A stretch of 64,000 nt of DNA, from positions 5,108,578 through 5,172,577 of the forward strand of contig CP136572.1 of the NCBI GenBank assembly GCA_035193785.1. The letters run 5' to 3'. Every line of letters begins with the position of its first letter. Within the stretch, counting starts at the first letter, position 1. Under the pieces are notes generated by a model, which saw only the letters and a list, made by a program, of their open reading frames with translations, did no database searches and was not told where the DNA came from. The position numbers and the translations under genes are program-made. The stretch is from Planktothrix sp. GU0601_MAG3. Its GTDB lineage: Bacteria > Cyanobacteriota > Cyanobacteriia > Cyanobacteriales > Microcoleaceae. Positions 35,744 through 47,464 of the stretch are shown in pieces.

Positions 35744-36094
35744 ATGCAAAATAAGCAAAAAGTTACTCTCTATATTCCGCCGGAACTGCATCGCAAATTA
35801 AAAATAAAAGCGGCAGTTGAATCAGAGCCGATGTCGTCCATTGCTGAACGGGCAATTGTTTTTTACCTAAACAATTCCGAATTGGTAGATGAAGTGGAGG
35901 CATCCTATGGACAAACCCATCGGGTTTACTCCTGTCCAGACTGTTCCAGTTCGATCATTATTAAGGGCGGGGAATTAGCCTCATTAAGAGAGCAACCCAG
36001 CATTAATAACGATGATGAACTATCAGTCGGGTCTGTGAGAGAAATGGAATCTAGCACGGCCCAACCAGGAGAAGAAGAACTGGTTCCCTGCTAA
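35744..36094 (+). CDS. Ribbon-helix-helix-like protein with a CxxC motif, upstream of ycf46
   Basis: KQKVTLYIPPELHRKLKIKAA...MSSIAERAI and CPDC. Confidence 0.7.
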   Translation: MQNKQKVTLYIPPELHRKLKIKAAVESEPMSSIAERAIVFYLNNSELVDEVEASYGQTHRVYSCPDCSSSIIIKGGELASLREQPSINNDDELSVGSVREMESSTAQPGEEELVPC

Positions 36095-36167
36095 ATCCCT
36101 AGCTTCATCGGAGGTTGGGACTAGCAGATTCTGTAAACGTTACACCGTCTCTATTGGATCGAGGACT

Positions 36168-37689
36168 ATGCAAGAAGAACTCAGTATCTTAATTGAAGCC
36201 CGATATCCTCTGATCTACCTCGTTACTTCCGAGGAAGAGCGGTCTGAGCAGGCTATAGCCAAAATCGCACAAGCCAAGCGCCAGAGAGAGGTTTATGTGT
36301 GGACAGTCACTCGCGGTTTAGTCAAATACGATCAGACGAGAACGGCGGTTCAATCTAATACAGTCTCTCCGCAAGCGGCGATTGAGTGGGCGATTCGGCA
36401 CAAAGAGCCTAACGTAAGCGGAAGTATCTATATATTTAAAGATTTGCATCCCTTCAAGGATTCCCCTGAAGTGACCCGGTGTTTGCGGGATGCGATCGCC
36501 AGTTTCAAAGGCACAAATAAGACCATCATCTTAATGTCGCCGATCCAATCTATTCCTATCGAGCTAGAGAAAGAAGTTGTGGTTCTGGACTTCGCTCTAC
36601 CCGATATGAAGGAAACTGAATCTGGTATTAACCTCCCAACTGGAGCAAGCCCGGTCTCGACGTTTAACCACCGAAGGACGAGAAAAGCTGCTCAAAGCCG
36701 CTTTAGGCTTAACCCAGGATGAGGCGGAAAAAGTCTACCGGAAAGCCCAAGTCACCGCCGGACATCTGACGGAAGACGAAGTGGGTGTTGTTCTCACCGA
36801 AAAGAAACAACTAATTCGACGCAATGGCATCTTAGAATACATTGATGTCGATGAAACCATCGATTCCGTAGGCGGTTTAGAAGAACTGAAACGCTGGTTA
36901 CACCAACGTTCCAACGCCTTCACCGAAAGAGCCAGGGAATATGGTCTACCTCAACCCAAGGGGATGTTAATTTTAGGGATACCCGGATGCGGAAAGTCCC
37001 TGATTGCTAAAACCACCTCTCGGTTATGGGGATTACCCCTACTCCGGTTAGATATGGGTCGGGTGTATGACGGTTCCATGGTGGGCCGTTCCGAAGCCAA
37101 CCTAAGAAACGCCTTAAAGACGGCCGAATCAATCTCCCCCGTGATTTTATTTATCGACGAACTAGATAAATCCTTTGCGGGCAGTGGCGGATCAGCAGAT
37201 TCCGATGGGGGCACCTCTAGCCGTATATTTGGGTCATTCCTGACCTGGATGCAGGAAAAAAGCTCTCCCGTATTTGTGATGGCAACGGCCAACCGCGTCG
37301 AACGCCTGCCGGGGGAATTCCTGAGAAAAGGTCGATTTGATGAGATCTTCTTTGTGGATTTACCCACCCAAGAAGAACGCCAAGATATTTTTAAAATTCA
37401 TCTGTCCAAACGTCGTCGGGAAATCGAACGCTTCGACATAGAACAACTGTCTAAGGTTTCCGAAGGCTTTTCTGGAGCAGAAATTGAGCAGGCCGTAATC
37501 GCTTCGATGTACGAAGCCTTTGCTCAAGACCGCGAGTTTACGCAGCTTGATATCATTGCCGCGATTAAGTCCACCCTGCCCTTGTCCAAGACCATGAACG
37601 AACAGGTCACCGCACTACGAGATTGGGCAAGACAGCGTGCACGTCCGGCTGCGTCCTCCGTCGCTGAATATCAGCGCATGGAGTTCTAA
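36168..37689 (+). CDS. ycf46: Ycf46-family AAA+ ATPase; frameshift near 36613
   Basis: ARYPLIYLVTSEE, GIPGCGKS, FIDELDK and RKGRFDEIFF motifs. Confidence 0.88.
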
Positions 37690-37841
37690 AGGCTTACTCC
37701 TAGTCCAAATAGGAGTTAAGGCTAGTCCCCAAAATAGACTAGCAGTTCCCAAAACCAAAAAAAAGCCGTCCCCTTATAAAGACGGCACTGATTCTAACCA
37801 AACCGTTGTTGTTTCGTTTTCAGTTCACGGAGGATACCGAA

Positions 37842-38195
37842 ATGTCTCACTTTAGCACACTGCGTACTAAAATTGCCGATTCCGAAATCCTGAAAGCTTC
37901 TCTAAGTGATCTTGGTATTAGTACCAAAACTAATGCTGATGTCCGTGGCTATAATGGCCAACGGGTTCGTGCTGACTTAGTTGCAGTCCTTGAAGGCGAA
38001 TATGACCTCGGTTGGTCTCGCAATAGCGATGGTACTTTCGATTTAATTGCTGATTTGTGGGGTGTTGCCAAAAAACACAACCAAACCGAACTGATCAACT
38101 CTATTAACCAAAAATACGCCGTTAACAAGACCTTAGCTGATGTCAAACAGCGCGGTCTACAAAACGCCAACGTGAAATTGGTTGTCCAAAAATAG
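37842..38195 (+). CDS. ycf35: Ycf35/DUF1257 family protein
   Basis: MSHFSTLRTKI, VRGYNGQ, DLIADLW and INQKYA motifs; GGAGG RBS. Confidence 0.85.
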   Translation: MSHFSTLRTKIADSEILKASLSDLGISTKTNADVRGYNGQRVRADLVAVLEGEYDLGWSRNSDGTFDLIADLWGVAKKHNQTELINSINQKYAVNKTLADVKQRGLQNANVKLVVQK

Positions 38196-38219
38196 TTGGT
38201 CTAAGCGTTCCCAAGCTTG

Positions 38220-38257
38220 CGGGTTAACCTAAATTTATAGGGGTTGACCCGTTTTTC
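38220..38257 (+). terminator. Intrinsic terminator after ycf35
   Basis: CGGGTTAACC...GGTTGACCCG followed by TTTTTC. Confidence 0.75.
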
Positions 38258-38349
38258 TATTTGCAACTCGATCAATTTATAGGGTATCTTAGTAATATTC
38301 AATATGGTGGATCGGTAATCTACTACTAAAAAAAACGTAGCAAATTCTC

Positions 38350-39030
38350 ATGCAAACTGAAGCTTTTAGCGAGCTTTTTCCACTATTCAAAGGGGCCAAT
38401 CCTGAAACATTAGAATGGCTGCTATCCGTTGCTGTCAAACATGAATATCCGGCTGATAGGGCGGTAGTCATGGAGGATGCTTGGGGAAATGCAGTCTATT
38501 TTGTCGTTTCTGGGTGGGTGAAAGTCCGACGCTTATCCGGGGATGAAGTTGTCACATTAGCCATTTTGGGGCGAGGAGATTTCTTTGGGGAAATGGCGAT
38601 TTTAGATGAATCTCCCCGGGCTAATGATGTGATCGCCCTATCCTCGGTGCGATTAATTAGTGTTTCGGCCCAACGCTTTATCCAGACGCTGTTTAAAGAT
38701 CCCCAACTTCACCATAGAATGTTGCAGTTGATGGTGCGTCGTTTACGTCAAACCAACCAACGGTATCAAATTCGTCACCGACCTCCGGCGGTTAAACTCG
38801 CCAATACCCTGGTAGAATTAGCTGAAAATTATGGTCAGCCCACGGAAAAAGGGGCGGATATTTTTAATATTCCTTTCCAAGATTTAGCGGATGTTACGGA
38901 TATTTCCTTGGAAGAAATAACTAAAATTATGGATAAAATTATGAGTAAAGGTTGGATGAATATTGATGAAGAACGACAAGTCATTCATTTACTCAATCTC
39001 AAACATTTAAACCATCTTTCTAGCCAATAA
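38350..39030 (+). CDS. Crp/Fnr family transcriptional regulator
   Basis: cNMP-binding GDFFGEMAILDESPR motif and a C-terminal HTH. Confidence 0.9.
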   Translation: MQTEAFSELFPLFKGANPETLEWLLSVAVKHEYPADRAVVMEDAWGNAVYFVVSGWVKVRRLSGDEVVTLAILGRGDFFGEMAILDESPRANDVIALSSVRLISVSAQRFIQTLFKDPQLHHRMLQLMVRRLRQTNQRYQIRHRPPAVKLANTLVELAENYGQPTEKGADIFNIPFQDLADVTDISLEEITKIMDKIMSKGWMNIDEERQVIHLLNLKHLNHLSSQ

Positions 39031-39149
39031 ATCCAAAACATTCAACGCTAAAATTCAGCGTTCTTAAATTTCCCCTTCTGTTTAACGGTATATTCAGTTC
39101 ACGGGGGGGAAATTATTGTTTATTAACAAATTTTTTAGCTATAAAAATT

Positions 39150-40938
39150 ATGACTGAAGCGACTCAAACCCTGGCTTATAATCAAGCTACAATTACTCCT
39201 AAATTACGTTATTGGGTAGCCCTTTCCAAACCCGAATCCCATTTATTTGAAGTCACCCTACGCATTCAAAAAGATATTATTTCCTCCTCCGTATTAGATT
39301 TAAAAATGCCCGTTTGGACTCCGGGCTCTTATTTAGTGCGAGAATATTCCCGACATTTACAGGATTTGGGTGTTTGTGATCAGGATGGAAACCCTTTAAA
39401 TTGGCAAAAAATTAGTAAAAATCATTGGCAAATTCAAACTAATTCCGCCACAGAAATCACCGTTTATTATCGAATTTTTGCCAACGAATTAAGTGTAAGA
39501 ACTAATCATTTAGATGCTTCCCATGGTTATTTTAATGGGGCGGCTTTATTTTTATATGTCCCAGGCTATGAACAACAACCAATTCAAGTTACCATAGAAA
39601 CCCCCAAAAATTGGACAGTTAGCACAACTTTACCAACCCTTTCCCATCAACCCAATACATTTTATGCTGATGATTTTGATACCTTAGTTGATAGTCCCTT
39701 TGAAATTGGAACCCATCGTTTATATGAATTTGAAGTCGAAGGAAAACCCCATCAATTAGCGATTTGGGGCGAAGGAAATCTTGATCCTGAAAGGTTAATT
39801 ACGGATTTCCAAAAAGTTATCGCCGTCGAATCGGAATTATTTGGAGGACTACCTTATAAACGTTATTTGTTTTTATTACATCTTTCTAATCATGGTTTTG
39901 GCGGCTTAGAACATAAAGAGTCTTGCTCTTTAATTTATTCTCGATTTGGCTTCCGTAGCCCCGATAAATATAATCGATTTATGCAGTTAGTCGCCCATGA
40001 ATTTTTCCATTTATGGAACGTTAAACGCATTCGTCCGAAAGCCTTAGAAGTGTTTGATTATGAACAGGAAAACTATACTCCCTCCCTGTGGTTTTCCGAA
40101 GGAACCACCAGCTATTATGATATGGTAATTCCCTATCGGGCGGGAATTTTTGATGTTAAGGGCTTTTTTCATGCCATTTCCAAAGAAATTACCCGTCTAC
40201 AAACCACTCATGGGCGGTTAGTTTCAACCCCTAAGTGAATCAAGTTGGGATACTTGGATTAAACTTTATCGACGAGAATCCCATAGCGATAATAACCAAA
40301 TTTCCTATTATTTAAAAGGAGAATTAGTTTCATTTTTACTAGATTTGTTAATTCGAGAAAAACATGGAAATTCCCGTTCTCTGGATGATGTGATGCGTCA
40401 AATGTGGGAAACCTTTGGTCAACCAGAAATTGGCTTTACTCCCGAACAATTAGAACAGATTATCGAGTCCGTTGCTGAAACATCTTTAAGCGATTTTTTC
40501 CAACAATATTTGTATGGAATTACCGAACTACCCTATAATGAATATTTAGAACCCTTTGGTTTACAAATAGTTGCAGAAACCACCGACGAAACCCCCTATT
40601 TAGGCTGTAAAGTTGCGTCAGAAAAAGGCAGAGAAATCATCAAATTTGTAGAAACAGATAGTCCCGCAGAAACCGCCGGATTAGATATTAATGATGAACT
40701 TTTAGCTTTAAATGGCTTTAAAGTCACCTCCGACCAATTCCACGAACGCCTAAAAGATTACAAACCTGGAGATATAGTAGAATTAACATTTTTTCATCAA
40801 GATTTATTGCGAACTTGTCAAGTTACCCTGACCAATCCCCATCCTAATCATTACAAAATTGTTTCCGTGGCGCAACCCACCCCCCAACAAAAACGAAACT
40901 TTGAAGGTTGGTTAGGCTGTCCCTATCACAAATTATAA
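39150..40938 (+). CDS. M61 family aminopeptidase with PDZ domain; frameshift near 40223
   Basis: PVWTPGSY, GGLEH, HEFFH, WFSEG, SYYLKG and a C-terminal PDZ domain. Confidence 0.92.
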
Positions 40939-40977
40939 CCCTCCCACAAGCGATGAAATCTTTTCTTCCCATTACCT

Positions 40978-41056
40978 ATCACGGATTGAAGATGATGACG
41001 CAGATTAACACAGATTAAAATCCGTGAAATCCGTGAAATCCTCTTAAATCCGTGAT
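40978..41056. repeat. Palindromic dispersed element of about 79 bp (ATCACGGATT...AATCCGTGAT)
   Basis: Same family as 42562-42640 and 58672-58920. Confidence 0.85.
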
Positions 41057-41110
41057 CCCTATTCCCTTCTATATGAGATGATTAGGGGGAAATATTCACA
41101 GGTTAGGTTA

Positions 41111-41591
41111 ATGGAAGTCCCGCCGCCGCCTTCAATTACACCCCGTCAAATGAATCTTTTGCGGGTTGTCGCATCAATGGCTTGGTCAGATGGAGAATTA
41201 GCTACTGAAGAAGTTAATGTGATGCTAGATCAGTTTAGCCGTTTGTTTGGAAAACAGGAACAACAACAGCAGGAACTTCAACAGGAATTAAGGGATTATT
41301 TAATGCAAAATATCCCCCTAGAGGAGTTAATTCCTAAACTGGAAACCCGAGCAGAAAGGGAAACTGGTACTAATTTTAGGATACGAAGTAATTAACTCCA
41401 GTTCTCGTACCCCGGATGAACCTAAAATTAACCCCGAAGAAGCCGCCGCCTATCAAAAATTATTAGACTTGCTGAATCTTCCTTCCGAGGTGGTTCAACG
41501 CTTAGAAGTTGGGATGGATAATCCCTCTCATTCTAAAGCAGAACTAATTGAAACCATTACTCGTAAATTAGGAGAGTTTATTCACAAATAA
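41111..41591 (+). CDS. TerB-family protein; frameshift near 41362
   Basis: MAWSDGELATEE and INPEEAAAYQKLL motifs. Confidence 0.75.
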
Positions 41592-41669
41592 AAGATGTTT
41601 AATAGATGGGGGATAACTTCTAAATCCCCTTTATATTTTCTAGGGTAAAATCGCATTATCAAATTAAAA

Positions 41670-42498
41670 ATGTCAAATTCCATGAATGACATCGCTAAAC
41701 AAGCCCACAATGGTCATGTTGCAGCTATCATTGAAATTCTCAATCAACAAATGGCAGATTTAGGGGTAACTAATCGGGCTATTTTTATCAATGATGTATT
41801 GCAATTGCTGTGTGAAGCGAGAAATGCTGAATCCTTAGAAAAATCAATTATTATTAGTAAAGTTCGTCAGATTTTAGAATCAATTGTACCGCGTAATATT
41901 CGTCGAGTTCGGATTAATAGTCGCCTTCGACAGGAAAAACAGTTACTCTGGTTAGAGGATATTACTCAAGATCCAGAAAATCAACTATTATGGTCTGAAG
42001 AAATTACCCTTAAAAAACCTAATATTTTCAATAAAATTCCAGGTTCAAATCAAAGTTATTCCCCCCTTAGACCCTTATCAACGGAACCGAAAGCTGGTCA
42101 ATTACAACAAAATTTAATTTGGGCTGTGGCTGTCACCGTAGTATTAATATTAATGGGATTTCTTCTGTACAATGCGTTACAATTTCAACTCTTAGAATCC
42201 CTAAAATCTCAGCCCCAAACCGATATAAAATCATCTCCTAAACCACCAGAAACCCTATCTTCTACCCAACTATTTAGTCAGGGAGTAAAAATCGCAGAAG
42301 AAGCCGCCGCCGAGGGGAAATTTGCTGATACCCGTCAAGAATGGTTAGAAATCGCTCAGAAATGGCAGCAAGCCGCCGATTATATGGAAGCGGTTTCTCC
42401 CGATTTTGAACGCTATGCCACCGCCCAAAATCGGGCTGCATTATATCGTCGCAATCAAGAAACAAGCCCAAGGAGAAGCCGATGCCATGAATAATTAG
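41670..42498 (+). CDS. Hypothetical single-pass membrane protein; frameshift near 42461
   Basis: Long ORF with one TM segment and a helical C-terminus (WLEIAQKWQQA). Confidence 0.7.
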
Positions 42499-42561
42499 GC
42501 CATCGGTAATTCAGAAAGCCGAATAAATGATTACTCCTATTATTTATAAAACCCAAAAACC

Positions 42562-42640
42562 ATCACGGATTTAAAAGGATTACGCAGATTAACACAGATT
42601 AAAATCCGTGAAATCCGTGAAATCCTCTTAAATCCGTGAT
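42562..42640. repeat. Palindromic dispersed element of about 79 bp, overlapping the znuC 3' end
   Basis: ATCACGGATTT...AAATCCGTGAT termini. Confidence 0.85.
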
Positions 42641-43425
42641 CCATATTCCCTATTCCCTCCATAGGTTTTTTCTAACATTTTTTGGGTAATTTGTTGTTCT
42701 CCATGATAGTGTAAACTTCGATTCAAACAGCCAATAGTTTTGACATAAGAAGACATGGTATTAATATCATGGGTAATCATTAAAATTGTCATATATTCAT
42801 TTAATTTTGATAATAACTCATAGATATTCGCGCACATTTTTGGGTCAACACTAGCGGTGGGTTCATCTAAGAGTAAAATTTGGGGTTCACTGGCCAAGGC
42901 TCTAGCAATAAAAACCCGTTGTCTTTGTCCTCCCGAAAGTTCACCAATGGCGCGATTTTTTAAATCTAACATTTCGACTTTTTCTAAAGCCTGAATCACA
43001 ATTTCTTCATCTTTTTTTGTATAGGGTTGAAATAAATGGCGATTTCCTAACCGTCCCATTCGTACCACTTCATCTACCCGGACGGGAAAATTGCGATCAA
43101 ATTCTAAAATTTGAGGGACATAACCTAAATAACGCCGTCCCTTACTAACAGAATGACCCATAATTTTAACATCCCCTTTCAGGGGTTTTAGTAGTCCTAA
43201 AAGCACCTTAATTAATGTGGTTTTTCCTCCCCCATTAGGGCCAATTAATCCAATAAAATCCAATTCATTAACCGTTAAGTTAATTCCCTCTAAAATTGGT
43301 TCCTGGGTATCATAACCCGCCCAGACTTCCCTCAAGCGGATGACTTCATTTTTTTGACAACTTTGTGGGGATAATTCTTGAGGATTTTTCACGGATGTAA
43401 ATGTAAATTCAGGAAGTAAAATCAT
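42628..43425 (-). CDS. znuC: Zn/Mn ABC transporter ATPase
   Basis: GPNGGGKTT, YVPQ, LSGGQRQR, LLDEPT and CLNR motifs. Confidence 0.85.
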   Translation of the reverse strand: MILLPEFTFTSVKNPQELSPQSCQKNEVIRLREVWAGYDTQEPILEGINLTVNELDFIGLIGPNGGGKTTLIKVLLGLLKPLKGDVKIMGHSVSKGRRYLGYVPQILEFDRNFPVRVDEVVRMGRLGNRHLFQPYTKKDEEIVIQALEKVEMLDLKNRAIGELSGGQRQRVFIARALASEPQILLLDEPTASVDPKMCANIYELLSKLNEYMTILMITHDINTMSSYVKTIGCLNRSLHYHGEQQITQKMLEKTYGGNREYGSRI

Positions 43426-43447
43426 GGTAAAAAAATAAAAAATTAAA

Positions 43448-44404
43448 TTAATTTATGGATTTAAACTTTGTGATAGCAGTTTCAGAAACTTGCAGCAAAT
43501 TAGTAGACCAATTTTCTGCTAAATCACTAACAAAAATAACTTTTCCTCCGATTTCTTTAGCTATGGTTTCCGCAGAACTAGGATTAAATTCTGGTTGAGC
43601 AAAAATCACCTTAATATTCTCCTGTTTAGCCTCAGAAATTAAGTTAGCTAACTCGGCTGCACTGGGTTCCTGTCCGCCCACTTCAATTGATTCTTGTTCT
43701 AAGTTATAATCCTTAGCAAAATAGCCCCAAGCGGGATGAAAAACGATAAATTTACGGTTTTTGAGCGGGGTTAATTTCTGACTAATTTGTTGATCCAGTT
43801 GGTCAAGTTCTGTGATAAAATTATTTAAGTTAGCTTGATATTCTGCTTGGCGTTTCGGGTCAATTTTGACTAAGCCATCATAGATATTTTTAGCTTGAAT
43901 TTTAACTAATTTAGGAGATAACCAAATATGGGGGTCTAAAGTTTCTTCTGCTTGATGATTTTCTGCTTTTTCGTGGTGATGTTCCACCATAGGAATTCTC
44001 TCAATCCCTTGAGTTGAATCCATAATTAACATTTTTTGATTGGCAGCTTTAATTCTATCTATCCAAGCCGTTTCAAAGGCAACTCCAGTGGTAATATAGG
44101 CTTTAGAATCATTTAAAGATTGTAACTGTTGAGGTTTGGGTTCATAATTATGCAAATCAACTCCAGGGGGAATCATAACATTAACTTTAACATTCTTACC
44201 CCCAATTTTTTCAACAAAATATTTCTGGGGCATAATACTAACCGTAATATCCACGGCATTATTAGCGGTTTCATTGGCTATTTGTTTGGCTTCAGAGTCA
44301 TTATTCCCAACCGAAATTTTCGGTGTAGAAACGGTGTTACACCCACTAATTATACTCATACCCCATAACAGTATTACCATTCCGGCGGAAACCGAAAATC
44401 TCAT
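43448..44404 (-). CDS. znuA: Zn ABC transporter substrate-binding lipoprotein
   Basis: Lipobox ISGC, HNYEP, His-rich loop, DPHIWLSP and FHPAWGYF motifs. Confidence 0.85.
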   Translation of the reverse strand: MRFSVSAGMVILLWGMSIISGCNTVSTPKISVGNNDSEAKQIANETANNAVDITVSIMPQKYFVEKIGGKNVKVNVMIPPGVDLHNYEPKPQQLQSLNDSKAYITTGVAFETAWIDRIKAANQKMLIMDSTQGIERIPMVEHHHEKAENHQAEETLDPHIWLSPKLVKIQAKNIYDGLVKIDPKRQAEYQANLNNFITELDQLDQQISQKLTPLKNRKFIVFHPAWGYFAKDYNLEQESIEVGGQEPSAAELANLISEAKQENIKVIFAQPEFNPSSAETIAKEIGGKVIFVSDLAENWSTNLLQVSETAITKFKSIN

Positions 44405-44491
44405 CTTGATGTCCTCAATGCAGTTTTGCACCTGATCAGCCAAACACAGTCCCAGAGGCGGTAGCAGGGGAATATGGGTGGCTTAAGTATA

Positions 44492-44520
44492 ATGATAATC
44501 GTTTTCAAAATTTTTGGCAA
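44492..44520 (-). promoter_or_regulatory. znuA promoter overlapped by a Zur-type box
   Basis: Minus strand TTGCCA-17 bp-TATCAT. TGATAATCGTTTTCA at 44493-44507 differs at 2 positions from the cyanobacterial Zur consensus TGATAATNATTATCA. Confidence 0.75.
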
Positions 44521-44737
44521 GAAGGTTGGATTTTAGGGGCGTTGTCTTCCCCAAAGTCGGTCAAACAGATTATCCCCCTAACCTCCCTGTGGAAACCGTT
44601 ATCAGATGTGCGTGCAGTTTTAACCCTAGATGTCCTTGAATCAGCAAGCTAAATCATCAACGGTCAACCTATCCAAAATTTAAAGTACAAAATTCTTGCC
44701 CACGGTTTATGCTAAAAAAAGTATTTTATATTCTTTT

Positions 44738-46670
44738 ATGATGACTCAACGTTCTAATTATTTAATTTCTGTGCAGGACTTTTTTCAGCACTATTCCGAA
44801 ATAGTGGCGGCGGTAGTTTGCGCCTTTTTAGTATTTATTGGTTGGATGTGCTTGCAATTAGGTTGGGTGGGATTAGCATTTTTGGCCTTACCTATTGCTT
44901 ATGTTATCGGCGGTTATGGAAGTGCCAAAGACGGGTTAACAACTCTCGTAGAAGAAAAACAATTTGATATTGATTTATTAATGATTGTGGCTGCATTAGG
45001 GGCAGCTTTTTTGGGGATTTGGAAACAAGATTATTCTCTAATTATAGATGGTGGAATCTTGATTTTAATTTTTGCTTTAAGTAGCGGACTAGAAAGTATT
45101 GCGATGAAACATACAGAACGCAATATTAAAAAATTAATGGAATTGCCCCCCGATACCGCTAGAATAATTGACAATCAACAGGAGCAACAAATCCAGGTTA
45201 ATCAATTAAAAATAGGGGATATTATTTTAGTTAAGCCCGGGGAAATAATTCCCGCCGATGCAATTATTTTATCGGGAAATAGTTCGATTAATCAAGCGGC
45301 AATTACCGGGGAGTCGATACCCGTAGATAAAACCATTGGTGAAGAAGTATTTGCCGGAACATTAAATGGCAATGGGGTATTGCAATTAGAAGTTCATCAA
45401 CATCCTGAAAGTAGTTTAATTCAACAGGTAATTAAGTTAGTTGAACGGGCGCAAACCGATGCACCTCCATCTCAAAAAATTATGGAAAAATTTGAACGTA
45501 GTTATGCCAAAGTTATTATATTAACGGGTCTGGGATTAGCAATTATACCGCCTTTATTTTTGGGTTGGGATTGGGAAACCACAATTTATCGAGCTTTAAT
45601 TTTTTTAGTAGTTGCCTCTCCCTCTGCCCTATTAGCCTCGATTATGCCCACATTATTATCAGGAATAGCGAATGGGGCAAGACATGGAATTTTATTTAAA
45701 AATGGGGCACAATTAGAAAAGATTGGACGAATTAAAGCGATCGCTTTTGATAAAACGGGAAACCCTAACAACGGGAAAATTAAATATTGTTGATATTATT
45801 CCTGTGGCGGGTACATCAGAAACAGAATTATTGCAATTAGCGGGGGCGGTGGAGTTGGTTTCTGAACATCCCATTGGACAAGCAATTACCCAATTTGCCC
45901 GGGAAAAAAATATTCCTCGAATTACGGCTGTTAATATTGCTACTCAAATCGGGGAAGGAATCATTGGAAAAGTGGATGAAAACCATATTTTTGTGGGGAA
46001 ATTAGAGTGGATTTATCAACATAATATTTATGTTAGTCCTGAATTAGTAGAAATTAGTGACCACTTAGAAACCGATGGTAAAACCGTGGTTTGGGTGGCA
46101 CAAAATCACCAAACTTTAGGGTTAATTGCTGTGACAGATACGGTACGTTTAGAGGCGAAAACCTTAATTAAAAATCTGAAAAAATTTGGCATCGAACAGG
46201 TTGTTATGTTAACCGGAGATCATCAACGAACCGCCGATAGTGTGGCAAAACAGTTAAATATTGATCTGGTTTATGCTAACTTATTACCGGAGGATAAATT
46301 AACAATTGTTCGACAATTGAAAAATCGTTACCAAGGGGTAGCCATGGTGGGAGATGGGATTAACGATGCTCCAGCTTTAGCATTAGCTGATGTGGGAATA
46401 GCCATGGGTGGGGCGGGAAATGATGTAGCATTGGAAACCGCAGATATTGTGTTAATGACGGATCAATTAGGCAAGATCTTAAAAGCTATTAAATTAGGTC
46501 GTCGAGCTAATTTAATTGTTAAACAAAATATTGCTTTTTCCCTTTCAGTTATTGTATTATTACTAATATGTAATTTTTTCGGTTTGATTAATATGCCCAC
46601 GGGGATAATTGGACACGAAGGATCAACGTTATTAGTAACTTTAAGTGGTTTACGGTTATTAAAAAGTTAG
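44738..46670 (+). CDS. Heavy-metal P1B-type ATPase (P1B-4-like); frameshift near 45760
   Basis: TGES, DKTGT (repaired), SEHP, GDGINDAP and HEGST motifs; no N-terminal metal-binding domain. Confidence 0.9.
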
Positions 46671-46703
46671 AGAAACCAACAGAAACCAGGTTTCTAGGTT
46701 ATG

Positions 46704-47376
46704 TTAGGGATTTTGTAGATTAACAATTTGTTGGGAAAACCAGAAAGCAGCGTTAAAATTATTGGTTTTTTCTAATTGTTCCAAGGTTAATTCTAATAAA
46801 GCGATCGGCAACCCATTCAAAGCAGTAGAATTGTTAACTTCCTGATATTTACCATTCTCTTGTAAACGAAAGGCGATCGCCCGTTTTCCTCGAATATCAA
46901 TCACCCAATATTCCGGTATTCCTAATCCAGCATAGAGTTGTTTTTTCTCATCTAAATCTATTGCTAAAGTGGTATCGGAAATTTCTCCTACTAAATCGGG
47001 AACTCGCCATTGTTTCTAAATTAATTCTGCGGGGTTCCCCTTCTTGCCATTTAGGAGAATTTTCACCAATATATAATACTTTATCCGGTGAAGCTGCCCG
47101 TTGATTGGGTTTTTCAATCACACATCCACCTAAAAGATCAACTAGCAGATCAGGTTGACGGGCAAACCAAAACCCAAAAACCAAAGTTAATAATTCATTA
47201 AATCGAGCGTGATTAATTCCTTCGTTACCCATATTAATCCACAAATAGCCTTGATTAAAACTAACATTAAAGTCTTCTAAATTGGGATGATTAACATAAG
47301 CCAAATAATCCTCCCAAGTGGCGGGTTGCCATTGAGTTTTTTGAGCAGATTCAGGAATAGAAACTAGAGTGGTCAT
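46704..47376 (-). CDS. Uma2 family endonuclease-fold protein; frameshift near 47013
   Basis: ATWEDY and SPD motifs; repaired PDLVGEISDTTLAIDLDEKKQLYAGLGIPEYWVID. Confidence 0.85.
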
Positions 47377-47464
47377 GGTTTCATCCTAACTGAGAAACAA
47401 AGTATATACAATTTTAACATAGGATTAAAGATGGTGCGCAAGCCCAGCACACGCACCCTAAATA

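Noticed and set aside
37690..37841. 6S RNA, tRNA or known riboswitch
   Set aside because: There is no long rod with a central bubble, no cloverleaf and no aptamer consensus I recognise. Kept only as an unassigned structured region.
46704..47376. Uma2 protein as a partner of the R-M locus
   Set aside because: It lies 11 kb away, and Uma2 paralogues are abundant and scattered in cyanobacteria.
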